Below, piece by piece: positions 25,901 through 39,328 of a stretch of 64,000 bases of DNA. This DNA is from Vitrella brassicaformis CCMP3155. Lineage: Eukaryota > Protista > Chromerida. The stretch spans positions 78,455 through 142,454 of the forward strand of contig CDMY01000265.1 of assembly GCA_001179505.1 (NCBI GenBank). The letters run 5' to 3'. The notes beneath the pieces are model-generated. The model was given only the letters and a program-made list of their open reading frames with translations. It did not search any database and was not told the origin of the DNA. A program made the position numbers and the translations under genes. Positions within the stretch are counted from its first letter, which is position 1, and every line of letters starts with the position of its first letter.

Positions 25901-28900
25901 CAGCGGCTAATCAAGTGGGATGTGTGTGCCGTCGGGCTGACCCACACGCGGACTCTCACCGTGCAAAACAACAGGCAGGCCAAGAGAAAGACGCAGATCG
26001 ATACACATCGACGCACCAACATGAAAAATGTCTTCTCTTACCTCTACGTGCAGCTCCCAGCCCGTGTTGGTATATCCGGAGGTGTGGACGGTGTCAGCAC
26101 TTGACGATCCCCCAGACCCCACCGAGCCCCCCACCCTCGCGCCTTGCTCCCCATTCCGCGTCCCCAGCAGCCCCGTCACCCTGCCGCCATACGGCACGGC
26201 CCACCTGCCCATAGCCTTCACACCCACGCTCAACAAGTGCGACCGTGTGCAGCCGCCCGCCCGAGGGGAGAGGGGTGCAGAGGGAGAGAGGAGCGACGAC
26301 GGCGTGCCGCTGAATTGGGTGGGGGAGTACGTTGCACAGCTGAAGCTGATCACGGCCACCAGTGTGTGTGTGGTGGGGCTGGAGGCGCATGCCGCCGTGC
26401 CCAATATCGAGGCAAGCCAGGCCATACGACTTGGGCACTTGTGTGTCGATTGTATCCTTGTTTGGATCAGATCACGCCTTCCTCTCTCTGTCTGGGGGCG
26501 GTGTTTCCCTTCGGCGAGAGGTGCCGAGCAGTGACAGTCACCAACCGAAGGTCGCACATCACCCAGTTCACTCGCGCATGGCTGATGGTGCGCTGCCTGT
26601 GTCGCTGTTGTAAGTGTGTTTGGCGTAGCCATCAGCCCGAAGGTGTCCTATGGCGGTGCTGACGTCTACAACCCCTGCACAGACGCCAACAGAGGCCACC
26701 CCACGTGGAGCATCCTCATCGACAAGGACGGCCCCCTGAGCAATAAGGAGGGCCGCATGGTGGTCTTGACCCCCGTGGCCGATCGACGCGAGGGGCGGGC
26801 TCTGGTGCTGCCGCCATCAACCAGCAAGACGATCTGGATCAAGTGAGACATGGAAGAAGATAGATGTCTCACGATAGATCCATGGTGTGCGTGTCGTGTG
26901 TTCTGGTGGTAGGTACCGTCTCCCTCCCACCGCCCCCCGCCCTGCACACGCGGGTCCATCACTGGCCGACATCCTCGACAGCCCCGCCGCAGCCCCCCTG
27001 CCCCCACAGCGCCCCGAGTGCTCCACGGCATTCCACCTGGTGCCATCACCAACAATCACGGAGACAACCCCATTCCTCACCGACTGCCTCGGGGCACTGG
27101 AGAAAGATACACCGCTCTATGACGCCCTTGCGCTGCTGAATCTCCCATCTGAGAGTGCCGGAGGTGCTGGTGTGGGCAGGAATGATGTCATCGAGGGTTC
27201 TGGTTTGCCCGTGGTGGTTGGCGTGCTGCAATCTTTTGTGGACGTCGTGGCGCTGCAGGTGCCACACCCACTGCAGGCGGAGGGCATCGTCCTGCAGCCA
27301 AAAGAGTCCCTACAAGCCCTGATGTGCGGCAGGGCTGACTGCAAGAGCAAGAGCGACGGGGCGCTTGCCCCCGTTCGACCGGATGGGGCCTCCTTAACGC
27401 GCGTGGCCGACAGCAGGACCACCCGCAATGGTCAAGGTGACGAGTATAATGGCTTTGTCCGGCTGCATGCCTGGGTTAAAGTGCGCTATGACGGCACTTT
27501 CCCACGAGTTGTGCTGAAAGGAGCCCTGCTGCATCCAGCAGTGCACAAATCAGCCGGTCTTGTGTCTCCACTGGAGGCGCTGCTGAACCCTTTGGTTGGA
27601 TGGGACATTCGCGTGGAGCCCATGCAGCTGGAGCTGGCCAAGGGGCAGGCCGGAGCGATCCACATCATCGCCGACAAGGCCACCGACGCCCTGTTCGACG
27701 GGCCGCTGCCGTCACTGCCTGTTGTGCATCATGTCTCTGGCGGCAAGCCCACTACCACTTGTTCCTACGCCCTGGAGTTGCGTCTTGCCCTCCCCAATCC
27801 CCCCGATGCCGCCGTTGACGCGAATGCCGTCAGCCATGCCTTCACACTGCCCCTCGTCCTCGCACCCCCACCGCCCTCCATGCCTCTCTGGACAAGCGCC
27901 AAGCGGCTCGTGTGGGGCGAGGCCGCACCCTTCATCCCCACAGCACGAACACTGTTTCTGGCCAACAAGGGCGAGTGTCCTCTTCTCATCCACATGACGT
28001 GTCTCGTCGAGTACCCCGTCGTGGCGCCGACTTTGCCGCCGGCACGTGAAGGCAGGAGGCGGTCCAGTGCCTATAGCGACATGGGAGGCCAGCACAGCGT
28101 GTCATTTGACGTGCACTTCATCAGGGGTCCGGGGTGCTGCTTCAGGCCCCTTGTGTCGGAGCGGGAGGGCGGCAAGTCGGGAATGGTCATGGGCGAGTGG
28201 GAGCTGCTGCTGCCGCCTTATCGGTACTGCGAGATGGCCGTCGACTTGCAGTACTCCCCAATCATCACCCATACAGAGGTCAATCACTTCGCCCCTTCCC
28301 GTCTGCATTTCTCTTTCGCGCACAAGCAAGAAAGCATCACCTCATGACATGCGTACCTTGTGTGTGCTGCAGATTCCTCTCGTCCAGGGCAGCCTCAGGC
28401 TACACTGCATCAACTCACCCAACAGGAACGGCCCCTCAGACAGCGACCCATCCACATCTGTGCGGCTGCTGGCATGGCGAGGGATCGGAGGCGCACTCCT
28501 CACAGACGACCAAGACCGCACTGCCCTCTGCTTTGACCACGGCGTGCAGCCATCACAAGGCCCGTCCAACAGCCGGCTCTTCTCCCTCCATTGCCGCAAC
28601 CCATCCTGGACAGAAAGGAAGACAGCGCGGACAATGGATGCCGCCCCCACCGATTCCTCCGGCTGTCGACTTATGGCAGCGCGGGCGCAGAACGGGCGAT
28701 CTCATCGGCAGCCGTCTTCTTTTGAGAGGGCTGATGGCGCCACGTTTGTGTGGAGTGGCGTGCCCCGACTGCCAGACGGCCTGAGATGTGTGCCTGATTC
28801 GGTCACTCTGCACCACGAGGACGACATGCTGATCCAGCAATGGCAGCTGGACCCCATCAGCCACATGATGATGATGTCCCACCTGCAGTCGCCACCAGCC

Positions 28901-30706
28901 TATGCGCCGAGGCCGCCGGCGACGTTTGGTGTGGGGACAGACGTCGAGGGAAGCTACCACATCAGTTCTCAGGTGGTGTCCGTCTGGACGGGGTCGCAGG
29001 CCTTCCTGCGGTTCATGGAGGATGCGCAGGAAACGAGGGGTGGGGCAGCGGGAGGGTCGATCGAGGCCCTCATGGACGCAGCTCTCAACAAGCCGCTGCC
29101 GCACTGCCCCGGCTGGTGTCAGCAGCATGAGGAGACACGACTGGACCAGACGGCGGGCGAAGGCCAGGAGGGTGAAGGAGACGGAGAGGGAGAGGGAGAG
29201 GTGGTCGCTGCAGTGCCGTTCATCAGCAAGGACGACCTCAAGGCCCTCACACAGGCTCACATCCGGTCGGTGCCCCTCTTCTGTGTCCGCCTCACCCCCA
29301 CCGGCGCCCCCAGAGTGCCCCTGACCCCTTCCACCCCTCTCAAGACCGTCATCCTGGGCCCCTTTGACCTCTCTGAGTTGAGAAGCACCATGCACCGCTG
29401 GAACATGGCCACCGAGACACTCACCCTGCAGTCGCCCTTCGCCGACCATTCGGCACATTTCCGCATCTTCCCCGTGACGCGGCCGTCCCTCTCTCACAGC
29501 CAGGACGGGGCGAGACACAACCGATGGCTGCCGGCCATTGCCTTCGAGGCAACACCGAGCGATGCTTATGAGGGCGAGGATGAGGTCTTCCTGTTTTCGG
29601 AGATGGAGGGTCAGCTGTCCGCTGGTGGGCAGAAGGAGGTGGGCATCGAGGCCAACCTGGCGAAAATGCTACCACTCATGGTGACGACGAGCAAGGCACG
29701 GCAGGTGCATCACGACACGAGAGATGGCGGCCCCGTGACGGTGGAGGCACTGATGCAGAGAGAGGAACAGCACCTGCAGGAAGGCAGCAGGGGCAATGCC
29801 ATGGGTGTGTCCCTCTCTGATGCGATAGAGGTGCGGCCGGAGTGTGTGCTGATGATGTCTCAGTACTATGTGGTTGAGTATGGCGTCGATGGCTCGCGTG
29901 TGTGCCAAGTGCTGGGGCTACACATGTTCGGACGGACGGACGGGACGGGCCGGGCCGTCGTGGGGTGGATGGACGAAATGTGATGGGGGCGTGGTGTGGA
30001 TGGGCGCGGGGCTTTTTCAATCGCAGAAAGGCTGACTGGCTGATGAATGAGTGCGTGCCTGTCTGTCTGTCTTCCGTAGGCCGTTTCCCGCTTTGGGCGG
30101 GCCGCGTTCTGGCTGGCTGGCTGCGTTCCTTCGTTCGAATCTGCATGTGTGGGTGCGTGCCTGTCTGTCTGTCTGTCTGTCTGTCTACGCCGGTGTGGAC
30201 GTGCAGTTTAAGCCTGAATGGCGCCATAAGCGGTACTGTACCCATCATCGACCCGCCCGCCGTCTGCATCACCATTGACACATTGACATATCTCTCGCGG
30301 GCTTTGTCACTTGCACATGCAGACTATGTATGTCTGTCTGTATGTATGGTACACAACACCAACACTGACACCAACACCGACACATACACATACACAAATA
30401 AATAGATAGGCACTCAGACAGACAAGTGCCTGCATCACACACACACACACACACACCCAGCCACGAAGAGGCCATACTCTCTCTCTCGTATGCACTGCAC
30501 TCAGTCAGCTCCCTGCCCCTCGATTAAACAGTGGGACGCTCAACCACGTATAAAGGGCCCACCAGCCAATCCACAGTCACGTGGGTCGACTGACTGGAAG
30601 TACGGCGACGGAATCGAATCAAAGGGCGGGAAGGTTAGGCCGATCTGTCTGTCTGTCTGTAAGGCTTCCATTTGAGCCTTTCCAGGCCACGGGTGAATGG
30701 TTCTGA
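22993..30706 (+). CDS. Very large protein: coiled coil, Pro-rich disordered region and tandem ASH/PapD-like Ig domains (centrosomal or ciliary type); ends approximate
   Basis: About 2-kb exon with coiled coil then Pro/Ser-rich sequence; ASH-like starts LIKWDVCAVGLTHTRTLTVQNN, ITPSSLCLGAVFPFGERCRAVTVTN, RTLFLANKGECPL, ETLTLQSPFADHSAHF. Further spliceable exons run to about 30706. Confidence 0.62.
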
Positions 30707-31113
30707 GCGGGTCAAACGAAAGCCTCCAGACAGACAGACAGACAGCATGTGGGTCGACGCTGTTCAAGGCAGGGAGTCGCGGTGCAACCAATTCGAGTAC
30801 ACCCGTCCACACAGACAGACAGACAGACAGACAGACAGGGATAAAGCAAGTGCCTGGCCTGATTCGATTCACTCGCTGAGACGATTGGTTGGTCAAGCTA
30901 GCTAAGAGAGACCGAGACAATCGATCACATCGATCATGCACAACTATATATATACATTTCATATCATACACACTCTATCTATCGGCCCCTCTCTCCCCTC
31001 TCTCCCTCCCACCGGTACACACACGAGAGATCACTGCGCCCTCGCCCCCGTCCTCACACGAGTGAATGCGGTGCGTCGACTATGCGCGTGTGTTGTGTGT
31101 TGTATGTCTCTAT

Positions 31114-32977
31114 CTATTTGTTTGTGACGTTGTCGAGGAGGCCGTGGACCACCCACTTGCGCTCGCCCCGGGTGTGAAACTCCTGCAGGCACCACATGCC
31201 AACCCAACAGTCACTCGTGACGGCTCGATGGATGTTGCTTGGACATGAGTGTGAGTGTGTGTGTATGGGTGTGGTGTGCCCCAGCCAGCCACCGACCCAT
31301 GCGACTGCGATGCTGTCTTTGTAAACGATGTAGTTGCGGCCCTGGATGAAGACCGGCGTGTGGTGGACTGACATGACACACCAAGCCAAGCAGAGAGAGG
31401 CATAGCGACCGACGATGAGTGCAGTGCAAGGGGAGCCGTGCCGTCCTGTGTAGGTAGGTACCATTTTGTGTGAAGTACATGCATCGTCCGAAAGTGCGGC
31501 CGTTGCCCCACGCACTCGTCGGCGGCCCCTGGAAACGATGGTGCCTGCACACAACACAACACAACACAACACACACATGGCCATCCGACTGCCGGTTCCC
31601 CCCTCCGTCCCCCTCTCTTCTCACCAGCTGTGGTAGAGTGCGTGCCGCTCATAGTTGTTGTCCAGCTCCACGCCGTACCTCACGTCGCCATCCGTCTCCA
31701 GGAACCTGGCCATCCCACCCTCAAACCCCTCCAGCCCACCCAGCTTCACCTTCTCCACAAAATGGTAAAAATCGTACGTCGGCTCCCACTCGATGCTCAG
31801 GTCCGTCTCGCCGTGCAGCTGCTGGTCGGCCGACCACACCTGCACGCGGCCTTTGTAGTGTGTGGGGTAGGGGGGGATGACGTAGGGCTCCTGGCTCTCG
31901 ACCTCCTGGAACTGGAGGAACTCCTCGATGCGCTGCTGAGTGGCGTTGGTGGTGTCGGTGTAGTAGCTGTCGTCCCGCTGGTAGATGCCGCAGGTGCCGG
32001 CCTCCATGTTGGGGCCGACGAAGAGCACGTTGGTGTAGGCCTGCGTGATGTTGTCGGGCATGATCTGAACCCACACATGCAGGTTCTGCTTCCACGCCTA
32101 CACACACACACACACACCCCCATCCATCCATCCATCCATCCATCCATCCATCCACACACACACGTGTGTAGCCCCTTGTCGCCCGACTCGGCTCACGTGG
32201 TTATAGACGTTGCCCAGCAGTAGGTTGCCGTAGGGCACCCCATAGCCATAGAGGTCTTTGCCGAGGTAGACGCGGCAGTCGCCCTTGTTGGCGGTGCGCA
32301 GCTCGATGCCGCCGAACTCCAGCGCCTTGCCGCGGTTGGGCACCATGTAACGGTGGAAGAACTCTATGCCGTCGGCCTCGCTCTTGCGAACCGCCTTGAC
32401 CAAACCCTGAAACGTGCCCTGACAGACCAGACCGAGGTAGGGGAGACAGTGGGGGTGTGGGGGTGTCATATATATGGTTCTGTGGTGTGTGTGTGCTGTG
32501 GGTGCATGCGGACTTCTCTGTCGAAGATGGCCGGGCGGCCCCACCAAAGGCCGCCTGCGATCCGCTGCCACGCATCAGCTGAACGACAGACACACGAGCA
32601 CAGCAACAACAGACCACATGCATGTCATGTGTTTGCAGGTGTGGAGTGGAGTGCGGCTTCCGGACTGCCCTCCTCCCCTCTTTGTCTGTGGCCACCCTCC
32701 CACCGCCCACATGCGCACCTTTGTCTTCCACTTTGCCCTTGACAGCCTCGTCCATCACAGCCGACGCACGCAACTGCAGCCGCTCTTGCAATCTACCCGC
32801 CTGGTGCTTGTTGGTCACTGGCCGCCTTATCACAGAGCTGGGTCCGCCCATCGTGGCGAAGGCTGCCTTGTCTGATCCAGGGCCATGTGTGAAAGGAAGA
32901 TGCCTCGGCGGAGGCGAGAATGCGATGCTGCCGGGAAGCAGGAGGCTCAAGGACAAGGCGAATGTGATGGAATTCAT
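31114..32977 (-). CDS. Plastid-targeted hypothetical protein (bipartite leader)
   Basis: MNSITFALSLSLLLPGSIA|FSPPPRH...: signal peptide, Phe at +1, then a Ser/Thr/Pro/Arg-rich acid-poor transit-like stretch; globular exons such as GIEFFHRYMVPNRGKALEFGGIEL and IMPDNITQAYTNVLFVGPNMEAG. Confidence 0.72.
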
Positions 32978-33138
32978 GGAAAGGGCCAGAAGGGAAGAGA
33001 TCTGCACCTCTTTCAAGCTCGCAGTCGCCAAAAGCGGTTCGGGGTGAGCCTTTCCCACGCCCTTTACATTGCACCTGGATTGGCTGCATGAATCGGTAGT
33101 GCTGTTTGCGGGAGCGAGTTGCGAGTGTCGTTCGTAGC

Positions 33139-34873
33139 ATGGCAGTGAGTGCAAATGGTGGGTTCCATCCCATCAACTTGGATGACTATGAGGCGACGGC
33201 TAAGGAGAGGCTGACCACACAAGCGTGAGGGGACAGAAAGCGAACAAAGATCTGCCTGCGCCATTTGTGTGCATGTGGATGTGTCTGTGTCTGTGCGTAC
33301 GCTGCAGTCATGGCTACTTCTCGTCTGGTGCAAATGACCAGTGGACGCTTCGCGAGAACCGCGAGGCGTTTAACCGCATTCGGCTCCGGCCACGAGTCCT
33401 CAATGACGTCAGCAAAGTCAACCTCAACACATCCATGTGTGCAACAACACACACGCACACTCAGCCACTGCGGATCGGCATCTGGTTGCTGTGTGGCTGT
33501 GTGTCTGTGTGTGCAGTCTGGGTCACACGAGCACGATGCCCGTCCTGGTGGCGCCGACAGGTATGCAGAAGCTGGCGCACCCCGAGGGCGAGACGGCCAC
33601 TGCCCGGGCGGCCAGGGAGGTCGGTGTCCCCATGACCCTCTCAACCATGTCCACCACACCTCTCGAGGAGGTCGCAGAGAGTTCGGGCAAGGGACTCAGA
33701 TTCTTCCAGCTATACGTCTTCCAGTAAGGCAACAGACAGACAAATGGACCGAGTGAATGAAAGTGATGGACCTATGCGCGCGCGAGTGTGTCTGTGTGTG
33801 TTCAGGCAGCGTGAGTTGACAGTGCAGCTGATCAAGCGTGCCGAGGCCGCAGGGTACTCGGCCATCGTCCTCACCGTGGACGTACCTGCAATGGGTCGGC
33901 GGGAGGCGGACCTGCGGAACCACTTCACCCTGCCCCCCCACCTCACACTCGCCAACTTCGACGAGGAGACCCATGGCGCCACGAGGTTGTGCGGGGCCAG
34001 AGAGGCCGCCAGGGACGGCAGTGGGGGCGACTTTGGCTTAGCCGACACCAAGTCGGCCCTCAGCGCCTATGTCAACTCCATGTACGACGGCTCCCTCACC
34101 TGGAAGACGTACGCACGCACACGCACTCCAGCCACGGACAATGCACAGCAATGGACACTATGCATGATGTTTCATGCCTGCCTGCCTGCCTGCCTGGCTG
34201 GCTGCCGATAGGATCGACTGGCTCAAGTCGATAACGGCCCTGCCCGTCATTGTCAAGGGCATCATGACGCCCGAAGACGCCCTTTTGGCGCGCGAGCACG
34301 GCGTGTCTGCCATCTGGGTGTCCAACCACGGTGGCCGGCAGCTCGACGGCGTGGACGCCCCCATCACGGTGCTGCCGTCCATCAAGCAGGCCCTGGCTGA
34401 GAAGCCCGTCATGGAGTCCCACTTCAGGATGCCCACACGCATGGCCATCTGGGTTGACGGGGGAGTCAGAAGGTACGTACGGTGTGGCCGCACACACACG
34501 CCTACATGAGCAGACATCCTGGATCTCTCTCGCTGTGTGTGTGTGTGTGAAGGGGTTCGGACATCTTGAAGGCGCTTGCTTTGGGTGCTGACATGGTGGC
34601 CGTCGGGCGGCCCGTGCTGTGGGGCCTGGCGTGTGGGGGGCAGCAGGGGGTAGTGGACGTCCTGTCCATGATCAGGGAGGAACTCACACTCGCCATGAAA
34701 CTCGCAGGGTCAGTGGGAGCGGGGGCAGCCAGCTTGCAAGAGAGACACGAGACACACACGCGGGACCGGAGGCAGAGCTGGCACGCTACGCTACGTCTGG
34801 GTGTGTGTGTAGGTGCAATGACGTCAAGAAGGTGTCGCGGCAGCTCGTGAGGCTGGCGCATGAGCCTGTGTGA
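33139..34873 (+). CDS. FMN-dependent (S)-2-hydroxy-acid oxidase (glycolate oxidase/HAO family)
   Basis: [85 protein letters not shown]. Confidence 0.95.
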
Positions 34874-35523
34874 TGGATGAATGGACGGAGGTGTGTTCAG
34901 CACACACTATGCATAGAGAGAGCCGTTTATCTGTGTAGAGGGGGAAGTTGACCGCTGTGTCGTGTGTGTGGTTTGTTGGTGTGAGAGTCTCTCTGAGTGA
35001 GCGAATCTGTGCTCATAAGTTTTTGGGTACCTACCTACCTAGCTCAATCGATTCAATCACGCCGTCTTTTCCAGTCCGTCCGTCCGTTGGGTTCGTTGGA
35101 TGTCCATGTGTTTGTATGTGTGGGGGCATTCAGGCCACTCCCTGTCCGTCACATGGTGGTGAATCTGTGCGCCTGTGCCCGAGACAGACAAATAAATCGC
35201 ACACGTCGCCTGCCCATGAATCAATCGGCCTTCCCTCAAACTCTCCTCCTTTGGATGTTGTAGTGCAAGGGCGCCCAACAACACGTTGCAGCCGTGTTGC
35301 TGGGCCATCTTACACGACGAGATCCAAAAGAGGGGAGTTTGAGGACAATGTGCAAGAGATCTGACTCCCTCCCTCATGAGGGCTTCTCTACGTGTGTCTG
35401 ACATCTACGCGTGTAGAAGCTCTCACTTGACGAATGGCTGACCCACGCAAGGCATGAACCAAACAAGAAACACGACGCACTGACTGACACGCTCGTCCAT
35501 CCATCACATCTGGCCTAACCTCC

Positions 35524-36929
35524 TCAGTCGCCCCCCTTCCCTCTCCACCCAGCCCAGTGATGCTGCCTGCGGCCTCCAAAGGCCCGTGTGTGTGATGGGA
35601 TAGGGCGAATAACAACATACTGTCGCATGTAGCCCGCACCACCGTCACAGTCGTCGCCTTGGTGCCTGTCTTCGCATCTGACGACCATGCCGCAGCCCAG
35701 GAAGAAGCCGAAACTCACGGCACCGCCAATCTGCACCGGGAAAAGGCAATGGGGCGACGAATGAGTGCATGCCGGTTCCTGTTCGCATGCGTACCACAGA
35801 GAGGGGGAAGAGGAGGATGTTTCGCTGCACGATTGACGCATACACGCCCGTCAGAGCACCGAAGATGCCGCCCACCATCGCACCCTAAACAAACAACAAC
35901 ACGGCCAAAAGACAGATTGAATCGCGGCATACCACAGGCAGGCAGAGGGCTCCCTCCCTCCCTCCCTCGCTCCCTCACTGACCATGTTGATGCCCATCTT
36001 GATGCTCTCGAGGCACGCCAGCACCCTGCAGTCACAGGACAGGCGCCAGGCAAGACACGGCCATTTCCTCGTGTGATCCATTCTGTTGGTTCGGCGGTGC
36101 GGTGGTTGCCTGGGGTTGGTGATCCATGGTTCCCTCCCGCCGTGCATGGCCGCCCGCCTCTCCCGCTCCAGGATGGCGTCGTCACGCAGACCATCAGACT
36201 CCACCACTGGGGAACTGATTGATGCACACCGTACCAGTGACACACAATGGAACGCTCGTGTGTGTGTTGATTTGTTTGGTCTTGGCCTGTGCGATGCGAT
36301 GCGGTTCGTACAGGTATCTGGAGAAGTCTTCTTTGGCGTACTCGTCCTCCCCCGTGGGGCTGCTCTTGCGGCCAAACATCGGGATGAAACTGAACACACA
36401 CACACACACGCACGCACGGAACAACCACAGCATGCACAGTAATGCATGGACAAGACCTCCCTCCTCTCCCCGTAGCTACCTTGTTGGCGGCTTCAGCGAA
36501 GTCGCCAGCCCCCCAGCAGCAGGAGCCTCTGCTGCGGCGGCTGATTTCTTGGTGTCTGTCGACGCGATGGGCGGTGGGCTGAAGCCTTTGAACTCCCCCA
36601 CAGGGGGCGCCAAGTCGCCGGACAGACCCTTCCATGAACGAGGAGGCTCTGGGGCAGACAGACAGACGTGCAATGACGCCCATGCATCTATCGCAGACCA
36701 CGTGCTCAGGTGTCTTCCTTCGTTAGTTACCTGGCGGCGGTGCGAGAGGGTTTCCTGCGGGCGGCGGTGGCACGAACGCATCGAATTCACTCGCCTCCTT
36801 CTTCTCCTCCTTCTTGCCGCCGCCAAACCTGCGCCACACACAACACGCACAAACACACACACTCACACACACATCCATAAATGAATCATGTGTGCGTCTG
36901 TCAATCATCTCCCCTCCTGACCACGACAT
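35524..36929 (-). CDS. ROMO1: Romo1/Mgr2-family mitochondrial inner-membrane protein with N-terminal extension
   Basis: MSW|FGGGKKEEKK... start; C-terminal CLESIKMGINM|...MVGGIFGALTGVYAS...|IGGAVSFGFFLGCGMVVRC fits the Romo1 pattern (C..xKMG...FGxFxxxGxxxRC). Confidence 0.8.
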
Positions 36930-37069
36930 GCTGCTGATGCAGATCTCCAACAACAACTCCTTAGCTGAGCTGGCAGGCTTTCCCCAGCTCGCACCTTTTT
37001 GGGGTGTGGTTTGCGCTGTTTCCGGCTGCAAGGGCATTCGGCCTGCGCGAAGCGCTTCCCTTGCCGACA

Positions 37070-39328
37070 ATGTCACAGCCGCAACCCTCTTCTGTGCCCT
37101 CGTCTTCGGCGGAGCCGCCGCACCATTCGTCGAAGCGACACAGAGCGACAGAAATGTACAGGAGAGGGCTTATCCTCGAAAACAGAGGCCGCCTGACGGA
37201 TGCCATCGGATGTGAGGACACACAAAGCCACACAGCAACACAACACATTGCGAAGCACGTCCTCATTCGGTGCGTGCGTGTGTGTGTGTGTGTGTGCGTC
37301 TTGTGTGCAGGTTATCGTTCAGCGCTCAAGATAGACCCCGACTTGGACGAGCGGACCATCGTTGTCGACGACGACGAGGCCCTCCAGACGGAGAGGGAGG
37401 ATGACCCCTTCCTCGACAGCATAGACGTGAGGGCCGACAGGGAGCCCCCCGCGCCGGCCGACGGGTCATGGTCGCTGATTCTGTCGCTGCCGATAGAAAT
37501 GGTGGGCAGACTGCCCCTCTTTATGGGACCATATGACCTAGACAGGTAACTGCATACGTGCGTTCGTCAGCTGCCGAAACACACTCACAAAACATGCCGA
37601 ACACACACCACTCTCTGCTGTGTGTGCGCGTGTGTGTGTTTGTGTGTGTGTGTGTGTGTGTGCAGGTTGTCGGGTAGCTGTCACACGATGAGGGCTGTCT
37701 GCCGGCAAAGCCGCGTATGGCAGCGCCTGTTCTTCAAGACGCTCCCCAAGTACTTCCCGCACCTCTCACTCAGCATGGCCACGCCGCCCGGCCCCTCCAG
37801 CAAGAGCCCCACACCCGCCGCAGACAAGATGAGCCGCCGCGCCACGGCTGACGAAGACGCCGACGGCGAGGCCGAGAATGAACTACAGGCAAGTAACGGA
37901 CAGACACACAGATGGATTTGTCCTTGTGCTGACCTGACGCATCCGTGGGTGCAGCCTCTGTTTGAGTCGGTGCTGCACGCGGCCCCGCCGCCGCGGTACC
38001 TGCGGGGCATGATGCGCAACGACCGTGACAATGACGACTACCACCACTGGCTGTCGGTGCCAGCCAGGTACCAGCAGAGCATGCCGTCGGTCTACAACAG
38101 CATCATTCAGGACCTCAGAAGACACGGATATGACTGGAGAAGGTATCAAGACGGAGGGAGGGAGTCAAGAGGCCAGAGAGAGCTCTGATGGTTCGCTGCG
38201 CTGTCCGTCGTGTGTGTGTGTGTGTGCAGGTTGTATTTGGAGAGCCGCCGGCCCCGCTGCGATGGCGTGTACATAGCCAAGTGCATCTACTTCAGACGTA
38301 AGAACAAGGAAGCCATCAGCACGCCCGCGCCGCGCACACCAACACGAACGATTCGACAGACAAACAGACTGGTCATGTCATTGCCCTTTTTGTTTATGTG
38401 TCAGGTGTGCGTGACATGGGCAATGTTCATCTGCCAGACCCCTCCAAGGGCCACCACCGCAACCCGGTCCTGGCCGTCACCTACTTCAGATACCTCAGGT
38501 TCATCTGGGGCACCAGGAAGGTGCTGGTGCTCAGGTCAGAGGTCGACCAGAATGCCGCCGTCCGCGCACTCAAGCAATTCGATTTCCGCCACCCACAACA
38601 CACCGGCGAGGGGACAGCCGCCACCAACACCAGCAGTAGTAGCAGCAGCAGCAGCAGCTCATCCTCATCGTCGAGCACTGCCAGCGGTGCGTCGTCGTCG
38701 AGCAGTGCTGCCGGAGGGGGTGTGGTGGGCCTGAAGGACAGGGGCGTGGACAGGGGCGCTAGAAGCCTTGACGTGGGAGGGGAGGAGGGGGCCACCAACG
38801 TGCCGCGGATCATTCAGGAGATCCATGTATGTGTGTGAGGCGGGAGGGACGGGAGAACAACGTGGACGGACACCTGTACAATGCCTCCCGTGATGCTAAC
38901 CTTCGCGTGTGTGTGCAGGTAGGAGTGTATGAGCTGAATGGGTCGGCGCTGAGCATCCGCTATGTCGACCCGAAGCACAACCCCAAATACTCAAACCAGG
39001 TGCGCTGACCGAGCGACCGACCGACGCCAGCACTGCAGGGGAGGACCATGCATGCCGATGTTATTGGTCCGTCAGATGCGTTTGGAGATCACCAACGCCC
39101 CCCGCGGCCGATGGAACTCGCGGCTCAAGTGGACAGGTGTGCATGACACACCCTCACACATACACACCGCCCTCTCGCATCATGTATGTATGTGCGTGTT
39201 GGCTGCCCGCAGGGTTCACAGTGTCCGTGTTGGGAACCGATCGCGAGCCCACGGAGCTGCCTGTGGGTGACGACCACACCCGCCCCTTCCTCTTCAACCG
39301 CATCAGGGCCTACGAAGACCTCTTCTGA
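37070..39328 (+). CDS. FBXO9: F-box protein FBXO9/Hrt3-like
   Basis: TPR-like ATEMYRRGLILENRGRLTDAIGC|YRSALKIDPDLD, F-box ILSLPIEMVGRL...CHTMRAVCRQSRVWQRL, and the FBXO9 signatures RPRCDGVYIAKCIYFRR and VTYFRYLRF. Poly-Ser insertion at about 38632-38710. Confidence 0.82.

Noticed and set aside
35140-35340. PLAC8-like fragment CCWAILHDEIQKRG between the oxidase and Romo1
   Set aside because: Only a few residues match and there is no coherent upstream exon chain.
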